Shown: piece by piece, positions 1 through 8,771 of the stretch | Layout: the number at the start of each line of letters is the position of its first letter | How positions within the stretch are numbered: the first letter of the stretch is position 1 | Source of the DNA: Candidatus Cloacimonadota bacterium | GTDB lineage: Bacteria > Cloacimonadota > Cloacimonadia > Cloacimonadales > WRIO01 | Reading direction: 5' to 3' | Assembly: GCA_028702025.1 (NCBI GenBank) | Contig: JAQVPR010000035.1 | Location: 1-20,081 of the forward strand | Length of the DNA: 20,081 bases | Program-made: the position numbers and the translations under genes | Notes under the pieces: model-generated | The model's input: only the letters and a program-made list of their open reading frames with translations | What the model was told of the DNA's origin: nothing | Database searches by the model: none

Positions 1-1
1 T

Positions 2-928
2 GAAACTGAGGATATGACCTTGAAACAAAATAATCAAACTGTAGAAATTTTAGTCCTCTCTGATTATTTAATATCTTCTGAATATATCTCCATTATTCAA
101 AATAAATACTGTCCTTTGTTTGCTACCATACAGCTTGAATGGTTGGGATATAATTTGTCCTTAGCAGGTAAAAAATATTTTCAAAAAAAGGTAAGTTATT
201 TTGAAACCAGATTATTATATATTTCTTTAGATCAATTGCTATATCAATCTTTATTAATGGCTTTAGGCTATTCAAGAAATACTGAAATCTTTGAAGAATA
301 TGCTCAAGTTTATAATTGGGAATACTATAAACAGAAAATTGATAAAGGCTTATCTTTGCAAGACTTTCAAAGTTGCCTTATTGCCAATATGAATAATTTC
401 AGATGGAACAATTTTAGAATTAGACCTTGTAATTTACCTCAAAACCGATTATTACAGATAAGTGTATTTCTTTTTCAAGCTTTACAGACTTCAATTTCTT
501 CTGAGATATTCAAAATATTTTCTTTTATTTCTGACTATAATAGTGAAGAAAATGATGATATAGATGTTTTTTTAACTACATTAAGACAAAGAGTCTATCA
601 GAAATTATGTCAGGATAAAGAAAATAAACCGGGTAAAAGTAAGATTAATTTGATTATTGTTAATGTATTCCTCCCTATAATGATGCTTTATGCAAAGAAA
701 ATTAATAATCATAATTTACAACAATTATGCTTGGATCTTTTAATTTCATATCCTGCTCTTGATGAAAATCATAACTGTAAGAACTTGTATCACTTTATGA
801 CTGACATTCAGATAAAAATTGCAAATAATAAAGCTATCACTCAATTTGGTATGCTCTTTATTTATAAGTCATATTGTAAATCACATAATTGTTCTTTATG
901 TACACACAATAATAATATTTTTAAATAA
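2..928 (+). CDS. DUF2851 family protein, 5'-truncated by the window edge
   Basis: The frame of the 14..928 ORF stays open back to position 2, so the real start is probably upstream of the window. Recalled DUF2851 signatures are present: W-x-x-F-R-I-R-P-x-N-L-P-x-x-R-L (WNNFRIRPCNLPQNRLLQIS), NLIIVNVFLPIMMLYAKK, and a C-terminal Cys cluster (YCKSHNCSLC). Family members are about 400+ aa, which fits a missing N-terminus. Confidence 0.6.
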   Translation, partial: ETEDMTLKQNNQTVEILVLSDYLISSEYISIIQNKYCPLFATIQLEWLGYNLSLAGKKYFQKKVSYFETRLLYISLDQLLYQSLLMALGYSRNTEIFEEYAQVYNWEYYKQKIDKGLSLQDFQSCLIANMNNFRWNNFRIRPCNLPQNRLLQISVFLFQALQTSISSEIFKIFSFISDYNSEENDDIDVFLTTLRQRVYQKLCQDKENKPGKSKINLIIVNVFLPIMMLYAKKINNHNLQQLCLDLLISYPALDENHNCKNLYHFMTDIQIKIANNKAITQFGMLFIYKSYCKSHNCSLCTHNNNIFK

Positions 929-948
929 GTCATATAAGTCGGGGTATA

Positions 949-3900
949 ATGTTATCAAGAGATTACAATAAAAGATTAAAAGAAACAACAGAAGAAAGAA
1001 AAAAGATTATCGATAACGTAACGAGATTGTATGTTTCGTTGTTAAAAAATGATAATACCATAACAACTAACGAAATCAATGTGTTGTATAGCTTGTTGAC
1101 AAATATTTTTAGAAAAGAATCTATTTCTTGGGAAGTTTATATCCGACAGATAATAGATAGCGAGATAAATCAAAATAAACAGAAATTAAAAAATAAAGAC
1201 ATTAAATCTGTTAATAACTCAATTTTGAATATTTGTGATCCGGCTATTATAGCTTTTTTAAATGAAAAATTAAGTGTTCTTGATAAAATAAGGATATTGT
1301 TAAGTTTGATTATTATGTCTTATTCTGACAATGATTTCACTATACAGGAAATTACCTTGATTATTGAGCTGGCGAAAAAACTTGATTTAGAAACAGATAG
1401 TTTTATGGAGATTATAAATGCTATAGAATATAAAACTTCTGATGCTGTTTCAATAAAGGGGTTTAGGCATCTTAATACAATCGATGATTCCATTTTTAGT
1501 GATTTCTTAGTATTTGGTAGAAGTGAAGAGTGTCAAATCCAGTTTAAAGATAGGTCTCTTAATCATATAGAACTTGTGATGTTTATGATAGATAAGTATA
1601 TTTTCATTGGTACAAATAATCGAGTAAATTCAAGGTTATATAATCAGGATAATAATTCCGAGATGCAGCTTGAACCTTTTGAATTATATTTAGTATCTAA
1701 AGCAAGTTCAATAAAAATAAGTGGACAGATATTTAATTATGATATACTTTGCAAAATATATAATAATCAAGAGATTTATGATGTAATTGATTTTAAAAAG
1801 GTTGATTATGATTTTAAGATAATTAACAATAAGAACCGGCATACAATATTGTTAAGTAGAGGGACTTTTTATAAAAATGGTCAATCTATTCCAAAAAACA
1901 AATATGTTGATTTATTTTATGATGATTTGTTACAGATAAAGAGCTATGCTAATTTTTCTTTGATTGACGTAATAAGGGAAAGAAGTGAGATTGGAGTAGA
2001 AAATATTAATCCAAAAGAGCTATTTATAGAATATTATGATGGTTTTTTTTCGATTAGTAAGATAGAATCTGTTTCGACTATAGTATATATAGAAATAAAT
2101 AATAACAAATTTACTATTTATCCACCCAAAAAGAATTGGGATATATTTTTAAATAATAATAAAATCTCTGAACCTTCTCAATTTTATTTAAATACAGATA
2201 TTATAACAATTAATAAAAAGAATTTCCGAATTAATAATTTCTTTGATTTGGTTGAGATACCGTTTGAAATTGAGCATATAAATGTCTTAGATATTAAGCA
2301 TTATTTTTCTGATGGTAATATTGGTTTAGACAGCATTTCTTTTGATATTCAAAAGGGTGAGATTATTGGAGTAATGGGTCAATCGGGATGTGGAAAGTCA
2401 AGTCTTTTAAAGGCAATTTGTGGAGAAGTTTTCCCTACTTATGGTTCTGTATTATATGATGGTAAAGATTATTTTGAAAATATTAATTTTTATTCTCAGT
2501 TTGTTGGTTATGTCCCTCAGGATGACTTATTATTTTCTAATTTAACTGTGTATGAAAACTTGTATTATCGTGGTAAATTAAGAATACCTAAAATAACTAA
2601 TAGCTATTTAAAGCAGAAGATAGATAATATTTTGCTTAAAACTAATTTAATCCATAGAAAGAATACCAAAGTTGGAGATTTAAAAAATAAATTACTTAGC
2701 GGTGGCGAAAGAAAAAGATTAAATTTAGCACTTGAGTTATTATTTGACCCTACCATAATTATTTGTGATGAACCTACTTCCGGCTTAAGTTATTCTGATG
2801 CAGAACAAATCATTGATATACTTAGAAGTTTTTCTGAACAAGGTAAATTTGTTATTTTAACAATACACCAACCTAATACAAATGTTTTTCATAAGTTTGA
2901 TAAAATCTTATTAATGGATAAAGGTGGTAAGCAAGTTTTTTATGGTCAGCCTTCAGAAGTCTGGACCTATTTTGATGTTGAATATGAGCAGATCAGTTTT
3001 AACAAAGAATTAATAACGCAAAAGAAAGAAGAACGTTTGCCTGAGTATGTAAATATAATTATTGAATATCCCGAATATAGAGAAAATGGTGAGATTGTTT
3101 ATGAGCAACAAGCTCAAAATCTTATGGTTAAAAGAAAGTTTCCTCCTGAATATTGGCGAGATAAGTATAAAAGAAAGATGCTTTTTGATTTAATACAATT
3201 TGACTCTATGCGGGCAAAATCTAATAAACCTCCGGTTAAGCAAAGAAAGAAGATAGATTTTAATGCTAAGTTAACTCAGTTTTGGACATTTTTTAAGCGT
3301 AATCTAATAATGAAACTTAGAAATAAATTAAATCTTTTAATTACGTTCGGAGAGGCACCGTTATTAGGAATAATTATTGCCTTTATCTTAAGATTAGCAC
3401 CTTCAGGCGAGTCATATTCTTTTAATCAAAATATAAACATAGGTATATATATTTTTATCTCGGTAATTGTCTTTATTTTTTTAGGAATGTCTAACAGTAT
3501 GGAAGAAATTTTATCCGAAAGAAAAAGTATATTAAGAGAGAAAATGCTTAATCTGAGAATGACATATTTTTTAGGTTCCAAGATAGGTGTTTTGTGCTTA
3601 TTTTCTTTTATGCAGGTATTCTTGTATCTTTCGGTTTCAAGTGTAATCTTGTCAGTAAAAGGTGTTTTCTTAATTTATTTTGTTTATTTATTTATTGCTT
3701 CGCTTATTGGGTCTTCTCTTGGCGTATTGATTTCTTCGTTTTTAAGTGATGTTAAGTCAGTGATAAACATATTACCTTTGATTTTAATACCGCAAATTAT
3801 ATTTGGTGGTGCGATAGTTGAGTATGAGAAGATGAATCGTCAATTGAAGTTAATAGATAACAATCCTATTCCTGAAATCGTGCAAATTATGCCTTCAAGA

Positions 3901-4335
3901 TGGATTTTTGAGGGGCTTTATACAGCTCAAGCAAAGTTAAATCCATACGATAAAAAAATAAATAAAATTGATAAGCTAAGAAAAAATCTAGTGAGTACAT
4001 CTAACAATTATTCAAAAGATTTAAGTGATTTATATAAGCAAATAAATGTTGTTAATACAAGGTATCCTAAATCAAAATATAACAATGAATACATAAATCT
4101 TTCTGTAAATATAATGGATGGAAGATTTCTTAATAGTGGTTCAATTTCACCGGATAATAACAGTAAGCGACCTGTGAATGTATTTCTATCTTCTATGAAA
4201 ATTATTAAAGGGATTCCATTACTTAAAGATAAGATTATCCCTACATATATTTATAATATTATAATTATAATGTTTTTTACTCTTGTAATAAATACTGCAA
4301 CCCTATTAAAAATTAAGTATTTTTACAAGGAGTAA
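949..4335 (+). CDS. Fused ABC transporter, ATPase plus ABC-2/ABCG-type permease, with an N-terminal TerB-like region and FHA-like domain(s)
   Basis: Walker A is GQSGCGKS (nt 2377-2400). The ABC signature is LSGGERKR (from nt 2695), followed by Walker B IIICDEPTSGLS and an H-loop (LTIHQP). The C-terminal half is hydrophobic with multiple TM helices (NBD-then-TMD order, ABC-2/ABCG-like), with a long hydrophilic loop before the last helix. At the N-terminus, LLSLIIMSYSDNDFTIQEITLIIELAKKLDLETDSF resembles the TerB-like repeat pattern. FGRSEECQIQFKDRSLNHIEL carries the FHA G-R...S-x-x-H signature. Confidence 0.85.
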   Translation: MLSRDYNKRLKETTEERKKIIDNVTRLYVSLLKNDNTITTNEINVLYSLLTNIFRKESISWEVYIRQIIDSEINQNKQKLKNKDIKSVNNSILNICDPAIIAFLNEKLSVLDKIRILLSLIIMSYSDNDFTIQEITLIIELAKKLDLETDSFMEIINAIEYKTSDAVSIKGFRHLNTIDDSIFSDFLVFGRSEECQIQFKDRSLNHIELVMFMIDKYIFIGTNNRVNSRLYNQDNNSEMQLEPFELYLVSKASSIKISGQIFNYDILCKIYNNQEIYDVIDFKKVDYDFKIINNKNRHTILLSRGTFYKNGQSIPKNKYVDLFYDDLLQIKSYANFSLIDVIRERSEIGVENINPKELFIEYYDGFFSISKIESVSTIVYIEINNNKFTIYPPKKNWDIFLNNNKISEPSQFYLNTDIITINKKNFRINNFFDLVEIPFEIEHINVLDIKHYFSDGNIGLDSISFDIQKGEIIGVMGQSGCGKSSLLKAICGEVFPTYGSVLYDGKDYFENINFYSQFVGYVPQDDLLFSNLTVYENLYYRGKLRIPKITNSYLKQKIDNILLKTNLIHRKNTKVGDLKNKLLSGGERKRLNLALELLFDPTIIICDEPTSGLSYSDAEQIIDILRSFSEQGKFVILTIHQPNTNVFHKFDKILLMDKGGKQVFYGQPSEVWTYFDVEYEQISFNKELITQKKEERLPEYVNIIIEYPEYRENGEIVYEQQAQNLMVKRKFPPEYWRDKYKRKMLFDLIQFDSMRAKSNKPPVKQRKKIDFNAKLTQFWTFFKRNLIMKLRNKLNLLITFGEAPLLGIIIAFILRLAPSGESYSFNQNINIGIYIFISVIVFIFLGMSNSMEEILSERKSILREKMLNLRMTYFLGSKIGVLCLFSFMQVFLYLSVSSVILSVKGVFLIYFVYLFIASLIGSSLGVLISSFLSDVKSVINILPLILIPQIIFGGAIVEYEKMNRQLKLIDNNPIPEIVQIMPSRWIFEGLYTAQAKLNPYDKKINKIDKLRKNLVSTSNNYSKDLSDLYKQINVVNTRYPKSKYNNEYINLSVNIMDGRFLNSGSISPDNNSKRPVNVFLSSMKIIKGIPLLKDKIIPTYIYNIIIIMFFTLVINTATLLKIKYFYKE

Positions 4336-4336
4336 A

Positions 4337-5452
4337 ATGAATCCAACTATATATTTGAGTGTAGTACTTATATTTTTTACTTTGTGTATGAGTAGGTTAT
4401 TATTTAAAAAAAGATTTAAGTTTCAAAATAAGAATTTGTCGGTAAATAAGTTTTCTATAGTTATTTCGTGTAGAAATGAGGCACATAATTTAGTTCATTT
4501 GTTTGATTCTTTACAAAAACTTCATTATTCTCAATCATTATATGAAATAATGTTTATAGATGATCATTCTACAGATGAAACGTTTGATTTATTGACTAAA
4601 TTTTGTGTAAAATCAGTTAATTATCATGCTTATAGGTTGTCAGGTATAAGTCAGGGCAAAAAGTTTGCTTTGCAAAAAGGGATTTCTTATGCTCAAAATG
4701 ATTGGATTGTGTTTACAGATGCTGATTGTATTGTGCATTGTGATTGGTTAGATTCGATAGATTTTATGATACAAAAAGATAAGTTAAATTTAATCTCAAT
4801 GTATATTGGATATTCTCCGGAAGAGAGATTAAAGAATATATCATATTTAGTAGCTTCATTTAGATATTTTAAGCAATTAGTTTCAGCATTTATTTATGCT
4901 TCAAGTACTATGGCAGGTTATCCATTTAGTTGTACTGCACGAAATTTAATTTTTAAAAAGAGTGCATTTAATACTGTTGGAGGATATAGTGAATTCCTTA
5001 ATGCTGATGACAATTTATTAAATAAATTTTCCGGTGATGACAAACTTCTTTTAAAGAAATTTCTTGGTCATAAACAGAAGATATCTTATCTGCCATATCC
5101 ACCGATTTATACAAAGGCAGTTAATGATAACTCTGTAAAAAATCAAGATTTGAGACGGTACGGAAAATTTTCAATGTCATCATTATTATGGCAGATAATT
5201 ATGTTAATTATCGGCTTATGCTTAGTTTATATCCCAATAGAAATAGTGTTTATTAAACAGTCTTATCCGGAATTAGGACTTTTTCTTTTTAGTTTAGTTT
5301 TTTTTTCTTTTATAGGATGTTTAGTTCACAGGGAAAAATTTTATTTAGAATATATTATCTTTAGTATCTTTTTCCCTTATTATTTGATTTATAAAATGAT
5401 TAAAGCAAGGTTTTGCAAATGGACTTGGAAAAACAGAAGACTCACTATATAA
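4337..5452 (+). CDS. Family 2 glycosyltransferase (GT-A fold) with N- and C-terminal TM segments
   Basis: FSIVISCRNEAHNL...IMFIDDHSTDET is a typical GT2 N-terminal nucleotide-sugar binding region. A DxD-type motif follows (FTDADC), then a hydrophobic C-terminus. AAGGAG lies just upstream of the ATG, inside the end of the ABC gene, and the ATG is 1 nt after the ABC stop. Confidence 0.8.
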   Translation: MNPTIYLSVVLIFFTLCMSRLLFKKRFKFQNKNLSVNKFSIVISCRNEAHNLVHLFDSLQKLHYSQSLYEIMFIDDHSTDETFDLLTKFCVKSVNYHAYRLSGISQGKKFALQKGISYAQNDWIVFTDADCIVHCDWLDSIDFMIQKDKLNLISMYIGYSPEERLKNISYLVASFRYFKQLVSAFIYASSTMAGYPFSCTARNLIFKKSAFNTVGGYSEFLNADDNLLNKFSGDDKLLLKKFLGHKQKISYLPYPPIYTKAVNDNSVKNQDLRRYGKFSMSSLLWQIIMLIIGLCLVYIPIEIVFIKQSYPELGLFLFSLVFFSFIGCLVHREKFYLEYIIFSIFFPYYLIYKMIKARFCKWTWKNRRLTI

Positions 5453-6342
5453 AAAGATTATACCTTTATATAAAGGATAACCCTTATAAAAATTATTTCA
5501 AGATTTTACTATCTGTTATTATATTAGTAATTATTTTCTTTAAGATTAAAAATACCTCAGATATCGGCAATGTCTTTTTACCTATTATCAAAACCACTTC
5601 AGTGAAATCATTAGTAATGCTATTATTAATATCCGTAATGAAGTTTTTTACTCAGGTATTTAATTGGTATTATGTTTTAAAAATTAATCAAGACTATGAT
5701 TGTACTTTCAGGCAAGTGATTAAAACGCATACTATTGGATTAGCTTTAAGGTTTTTTATGCCGGGAGGGCATGCAACTTTTGGTAAAGTCTTTTATATTA
5801 ATCCTGATAAAAAAAAGGAAACATTCTTTTCAATAATTGCAGAAAAGTTTTTTCAGTCTTGGATTATATGGTTTTTTGCAATATGGTCATTTTTGTTTTA
5901 TTATGATAAGAACTATTTATTGGTTTTATTCATAGCTCTTTTGATAACTTTTGTTCCATTTATAATTCCGAAAATATTTAAAAGACATATACCGTATATG
6001 ACAATTTTTAATTATTATAAGATTTTACCTAAGGTTATTTTATCACAGATTTTATTTGTGTTTATGACCTTTATTCAGTATTATTTAATTCTTTCTCAAC
6101 TTACTCAAATAAGGTTTTTTAATACAGCAATATCGGTATCATTAATACTTGTGGCAAATACGATACCGATTACATTTAGTGGGCTTGGTTTAAGAGAAAC
6201 AGCTGCAACGATTGTATTGCCAAAGTATGGTATTCCAATAGAATTAGCTGTTGGTACTTCACTTTGTATTTTTGTATTAAATTCTGTTATTCCTGCTTTA
6301 CCGGGAGTATTTTTAATAAGTTCTAAGAATAAAGGAAAGTAA
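5413..6342 (+). CDS. LPG-synthase-TM / UPF0104 'flippase-like' integral membrane protein (paralog 1)
   Basis: The protein is polytopic and about 300 aa. It carries the family-typical late motif P-x-T-x-S-G-L-G-L-R-E (IPITFSGLGLRETAATIVL) and a mid-protein LALRFFMPGG segment. It overlaps the GT2 gene by 40 nt if the first ATG is used, or 34 nt from the second. The exact start is uncertain. Confidence 0.6.
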   Translation: MQMDLEKQKTHYIKRLYLYIKDNPYKNYFKILLSVIILVIIFFKIKNTSDIGNVFLPIIKTTSVKSLVMLLLISVMKFFTQVFNWYYVLKINQDYDCTFRQVIKTHTIGLALRFFMPGGHATFGKVFYINPDKKKETFFSIIAEKFFQSWIIWFFAIWSFLFYYDKNYLLVLFIALLITFVPFIIPKIFKRHIPYMTIFNYYKILPKVILSQILFVFMTFIQYYLILSQLTQIRFFNTAISVSLILVANTIPITFSGLGLRETAATIVLPKYGIPIELAVGTSLCIFVLNSVIPALPGVFLISSKNKGK

Positions 6343-7113
6343 ATGGAATTCATTATAACCCCATACACTTATCTGATAATATTACCGCTTATCTTCATTG
6401 CCGGTTTGGTTGATGCCATTGCCGGTGGAGGTGGATTAATTTCTGTCCCTGCTTATTTAGTAGCCGGTTTACCTCCACATATTGCTTTAGGTAATAATAA
6501 GATGTCTTCTTTTTTTGGAACATTGTTTAGTACTTTTAGGTATTTTAAACATAATATGATTGATTTGCCTGTAGCTGTAAGTAGTGCTGTATTTGCATTG
6601 ATTGGTTCTAATCTCGGGACAAGAAGTGTTTTAAGCCTAAATCCTGACTTTTTAAATTATATCTTAATTTTTTTACTCCCTGTAATTACTATTTTTACAT
6701 TGATAAATAAAAATATGGGTATTAATAATCATTCACATCTGATAGTTTTAAAGAAAAGAATTTTTTATGCTATTATTGCCGGTTTGGTGATTGGTTTTTA
6801 TGACGGCTTTTTTGGACCGGGAACAGGTTCTTTTTTGATATTAATCTTTACTGTCTTAATGAAATATGATTTTAGAGTAGCTAATGGAAATACTAAGGTT
6901 ATTAATCTTGCTTCTAATGCTGCTGCATTAATAACTTTTATTATAAACGGGAAAATATTGTTTGCTATTGGAATTCCTGCTGCCATATTTGGTATAGCCG
7001 GTAATTTAGTAGGTTCTCAACACGTCATAAAAAAAGGTAATAAATTGATTAGGCCAATCTTTATTGCTATTTTTATCTTGCTATTTATAAAGATTGCTTG
7101 GGAGCATATTTAA
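6343..7113 (+). CDS. TSUP family (TauE/SafE-like) anion permease
   Basis: The N-terminal signature GLVDAIAGGGGLISVPAYL is present, with an internal duplication (second half GFYDGFFGPGTGSFLIL) typical of TSUP/TauE 4+4 TM proteins. The ATG directly abuts the upstream stop codon (6340-6342 TAA, 6343 ATG). Confidence 0.85.
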   Translation: MEFIITPYTYLIILPLIFIAGLVDAIAGGGGLISVPAYLVAGLPPHIALGNNKMSSFFGTLFSTFRYFKHNMIDLPVAVSSAVFALIGSNLGTRSVLSLNPDFLNYILIFLLPVITIFTLINKNMGINNHSHLIVLKKRIFYAIIAGLVIGFYDGFFGPGTGSFLILIFTVLMKYDFRVANGNTKVINLASNAAALITFIINGKILFAIGIPAAIFGIAGNLVGSQHVIKKGNKLIRPIFIAIFILLFIKIAWEHI

Positions 7114-7241
7114 AAGTTTATCTACGTTAAATAATCGTTATTTTGAACTGATTTTGAAGAATAAATCTATTATGATAACTTTTTAACTAACTAATTGAAG
7201 TATAGTTAGTTATATATAATTTACTTATAACCAAATTATAA

Positions 7242-7279
7242 GGGACCTCCAAGATGCTTTTGACCATCTTGGAGGTCCC
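7242..7279. other. Perfect 15-bp GC-rich inverted repeat (hairpin) with an 8-nt loop; possible operon-end terminator or structured RNA/REP-like element
   Basis: GGGACCTCCAAGATG (7242-7256), loop CTTTTGAC, CATCTTGGAGGTCCC (7265-7279). It stands out strongly against the AT-rich background. The T-run (7300-7305) begins about 20 nt after the stem rather than immediately, so it is not a canonical intrinsic terminator. Confidence 0.35.
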
Positions 7280-7455
7280 CGGTATCTCGATGGATGATGT
7301 TTTTTAACTAATTTTATCAATCACACTAAAATAATTGTATATAATAATTGATATTTCGGGATAAATCTAAAGTAATTATTTTGAAATAAGAAAATGAAAA
7401 AGGAGTGGTTTTTAATATTTTCAACTACAGGATTTTAACATTTAAAAAAAATATA

Positions 7456-7485
7456 TTGACTAAAAAGTATGTTTTTTTAACTTTA
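7456..7485 (+). promoter_or_regulatory. Candidate promoter for the SBP-thrS... transcription unit
   Basis: TTGACT (7456-7461), a 16-nt spacer, then TAACTT (7478-7483), which fits TAnnnT. The extended TAACTTTA also nearly matches the Bacteroidetes-type TAnnTTTG -7 element. It sits about 25 nt upstream of the AAGGAG RBS (7494-7499) and the ATG at 7509. This is sequence pattern only. Confidence 0.3.
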
Positions 7486-7508
7486 GTTTACAAAAGGAGT
7501 ATAGTTTA

Positions 7509-8771
7509 ATGATAAGAAAAATCATTGTAATCATAATAGTAATGTGTTCACTTTTATCGTGTTCCAAAAAAGCAGAGCAAGAAATTATTTTTTGGCATGC
7601 TTTAGGTGGACCTTTAGGAGATGCATTAAATATAATGATTTATGATTTTAATAGAGAACATCCTGATATCAGAATTAAAGCAATTTCTATGGGTAATTAT
7701 CAGGCTTTATCTCAAAAGATTATGGCATCTATTCAAGCAGGTAATCAACCGGACATTGCACAAGTGTTTGAATCTTGGACAGCAAATTTAGTAAAAGGTG
7801 AAGCTCTTCAGTCTTTAAATGAATATATTTATAATGACAGCTTATATGTTCAAGAATTAGATGATTTTTATCCGGTTTTTTTGAAAAGTTGTACTATTGA
7901 TGATGAACTGTGGTCATTTCCTTTTAATAAATCTGTAAGAGTTATGTATTATAATAAAGATATTTTTTATCGTAATGGATTAGATTATCGTAAAGCTCCT
8001 GATAATTGGGCAGATTTTCTTTCTACATCAAAACTTTTAACACAAGATTTGGACGATAACGGGAGAAATGACGTTTGGGGAACTACCTTTACCACAGATA
8101 TGTGGAGATTTGAAAATTTGCTACTGCAAGCCGGTGGAAGTCTGATGAATAAGGATTATACCATTCCGACTTTCAATAGTCAAGAAGGAATAGCAGCCCT
8201 TGAGTTTTTTGATCAAGCCCTTAATGTTGATAAATCAGCTTATGTCTCTACAGGTTATGATGGTCAAAATCATTTTCTTGCAGGAAATGTTGCTATGATA
8301 GAAGGTTCAAGTGTTTCTTATGTCTTTATGAAAAATGCTGAAATTACTTTTAATCTCGGTATAGCTGCTGTACCGGTGGATAAAACTAAAAAAAATATTA
8401 TTTCAGGAACTAATATAGCCATCTTTAATAAAAATAATAAACAGAAAAGTCAAGCCGCATGGGAATTTATAAAATGGTTTACAGCTCCTGAACAAACAGC
8501 TAAATTTTCAGCTTTAACATATTATATGCCGGTCAGAAGAAGTGCTTTTACACAATCTCATATACAAGCAATGTTAGAAGAACATCCCGGTTTAACGGAA
8601 GTATATCAACAATTAGAATTTGCAGAGTTTGAACCACAAATATCTGCGTGGTTTGAATTTAGAAAAAATTTTGAAGAAATTGTATTGGAAAAGGTTTATA
8701 CAAGAACCCTTAGTCCTCAAGAAGCATTGCAAAATGCTGAAAATAGATTAATAAGTGAATTAAAGAAATAA
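7509..8771 (+). CDS. ABC transporter substrate-binding lipoprotein, CUT1 family, UgpB-like (glycerol-3-phosphate/glycerophosphodiester or sugar)
   Basis: A signal peptide with a lipobox is present (IVMCSLLSC-SKK). Along its length it aligns by eye with my recollection of E. coli UgpB: IIFWHALGGPLG vs IPFWHSMEGELG, GNYQ, AGNQPDIAQVFE vs TGNAPAILQVYE, FPFNKSVRVMYYNKDIF vs QPFNSSTPVLYYNKDAF, and the C-terminal PQEALQNAE. The substrate cannot be assigned from this alone. Confidence 0.8.
   Translation: MIRKIIVIIIVMCSLLSCSKKAEQEIIFWHALGGPLGDALNIMIYDFNREHPDIRIKAISMGNYQALSQKIMASIQAGNQPDIAQVFESWTANLVKGEALQSLNEYIYNDSLYVQELDDFYPVFLKSCTIDDELWSFPFNKSVRVMYYNKDIFYRNGLDYRKAPDNWADFLSTSKLLTQDLDDNGRNDVWGTTFTTDMWRFENLLLQAGGSLMNKDYTIPTFNSQEGIAALEFFDQALNVDKSAYVSTGYDGQNHFLAGNVAMIEGSSVSYVFMKNAEITFNLGIAAVPVDKTKKNIISGTNIAIFNKNNKQKSQAAWEFIKWFTAPEQTAKFSALTYYMPVRRSAFTQSHIQAMLEEHPGLTEVYQQLEFAEFEPQISAWFEFRKNFEEIVLEKVYTRTLSPQEALQNAENRLISELKK

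Noticed and set aside
14-928. Taking the ATG at 14 as the true start of the first gene.
   Set aside because: The reading frame is open back to position 2. The encoded sequence corresponds to the middle and C-terminal parts of DUF2851 proteins, so the gene is most likely truncated by the window edge.
6105-6368. Minus-strand ORF (87 aa). The same applies to the other minus-strand ORFs at 6798-6986, 11318-11557, 15905-16105 and 16213-16443.
   Set aside because: Each lies entirely opposite a + strand gene with strong family motifs. They are short, show no recognisable motifs or RBS, and are the sort of shadow ORFs expected in AT-rich DNA.
7394-7438. 14-codon mini-ORF (MKKEWFLIFSTTGF) in the intergenic region, considered as a possible leader peptide.
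   Set aside because: It has no convincing Shine-Dalgarno upstream, no run of regulatory codons and no obvious coupled terminator/antiterminator around it. It is indistinguishable from a chance ORF.
7114-7508. tRNA, tmRNA or another standard RNA gene in the long intergenic region.
   Set aside because: I could find no cloverleaf arrangement, no T-loop GTTCRANNC-type box and no acceptor-stem pairing. Only a single long hairpin is evident.
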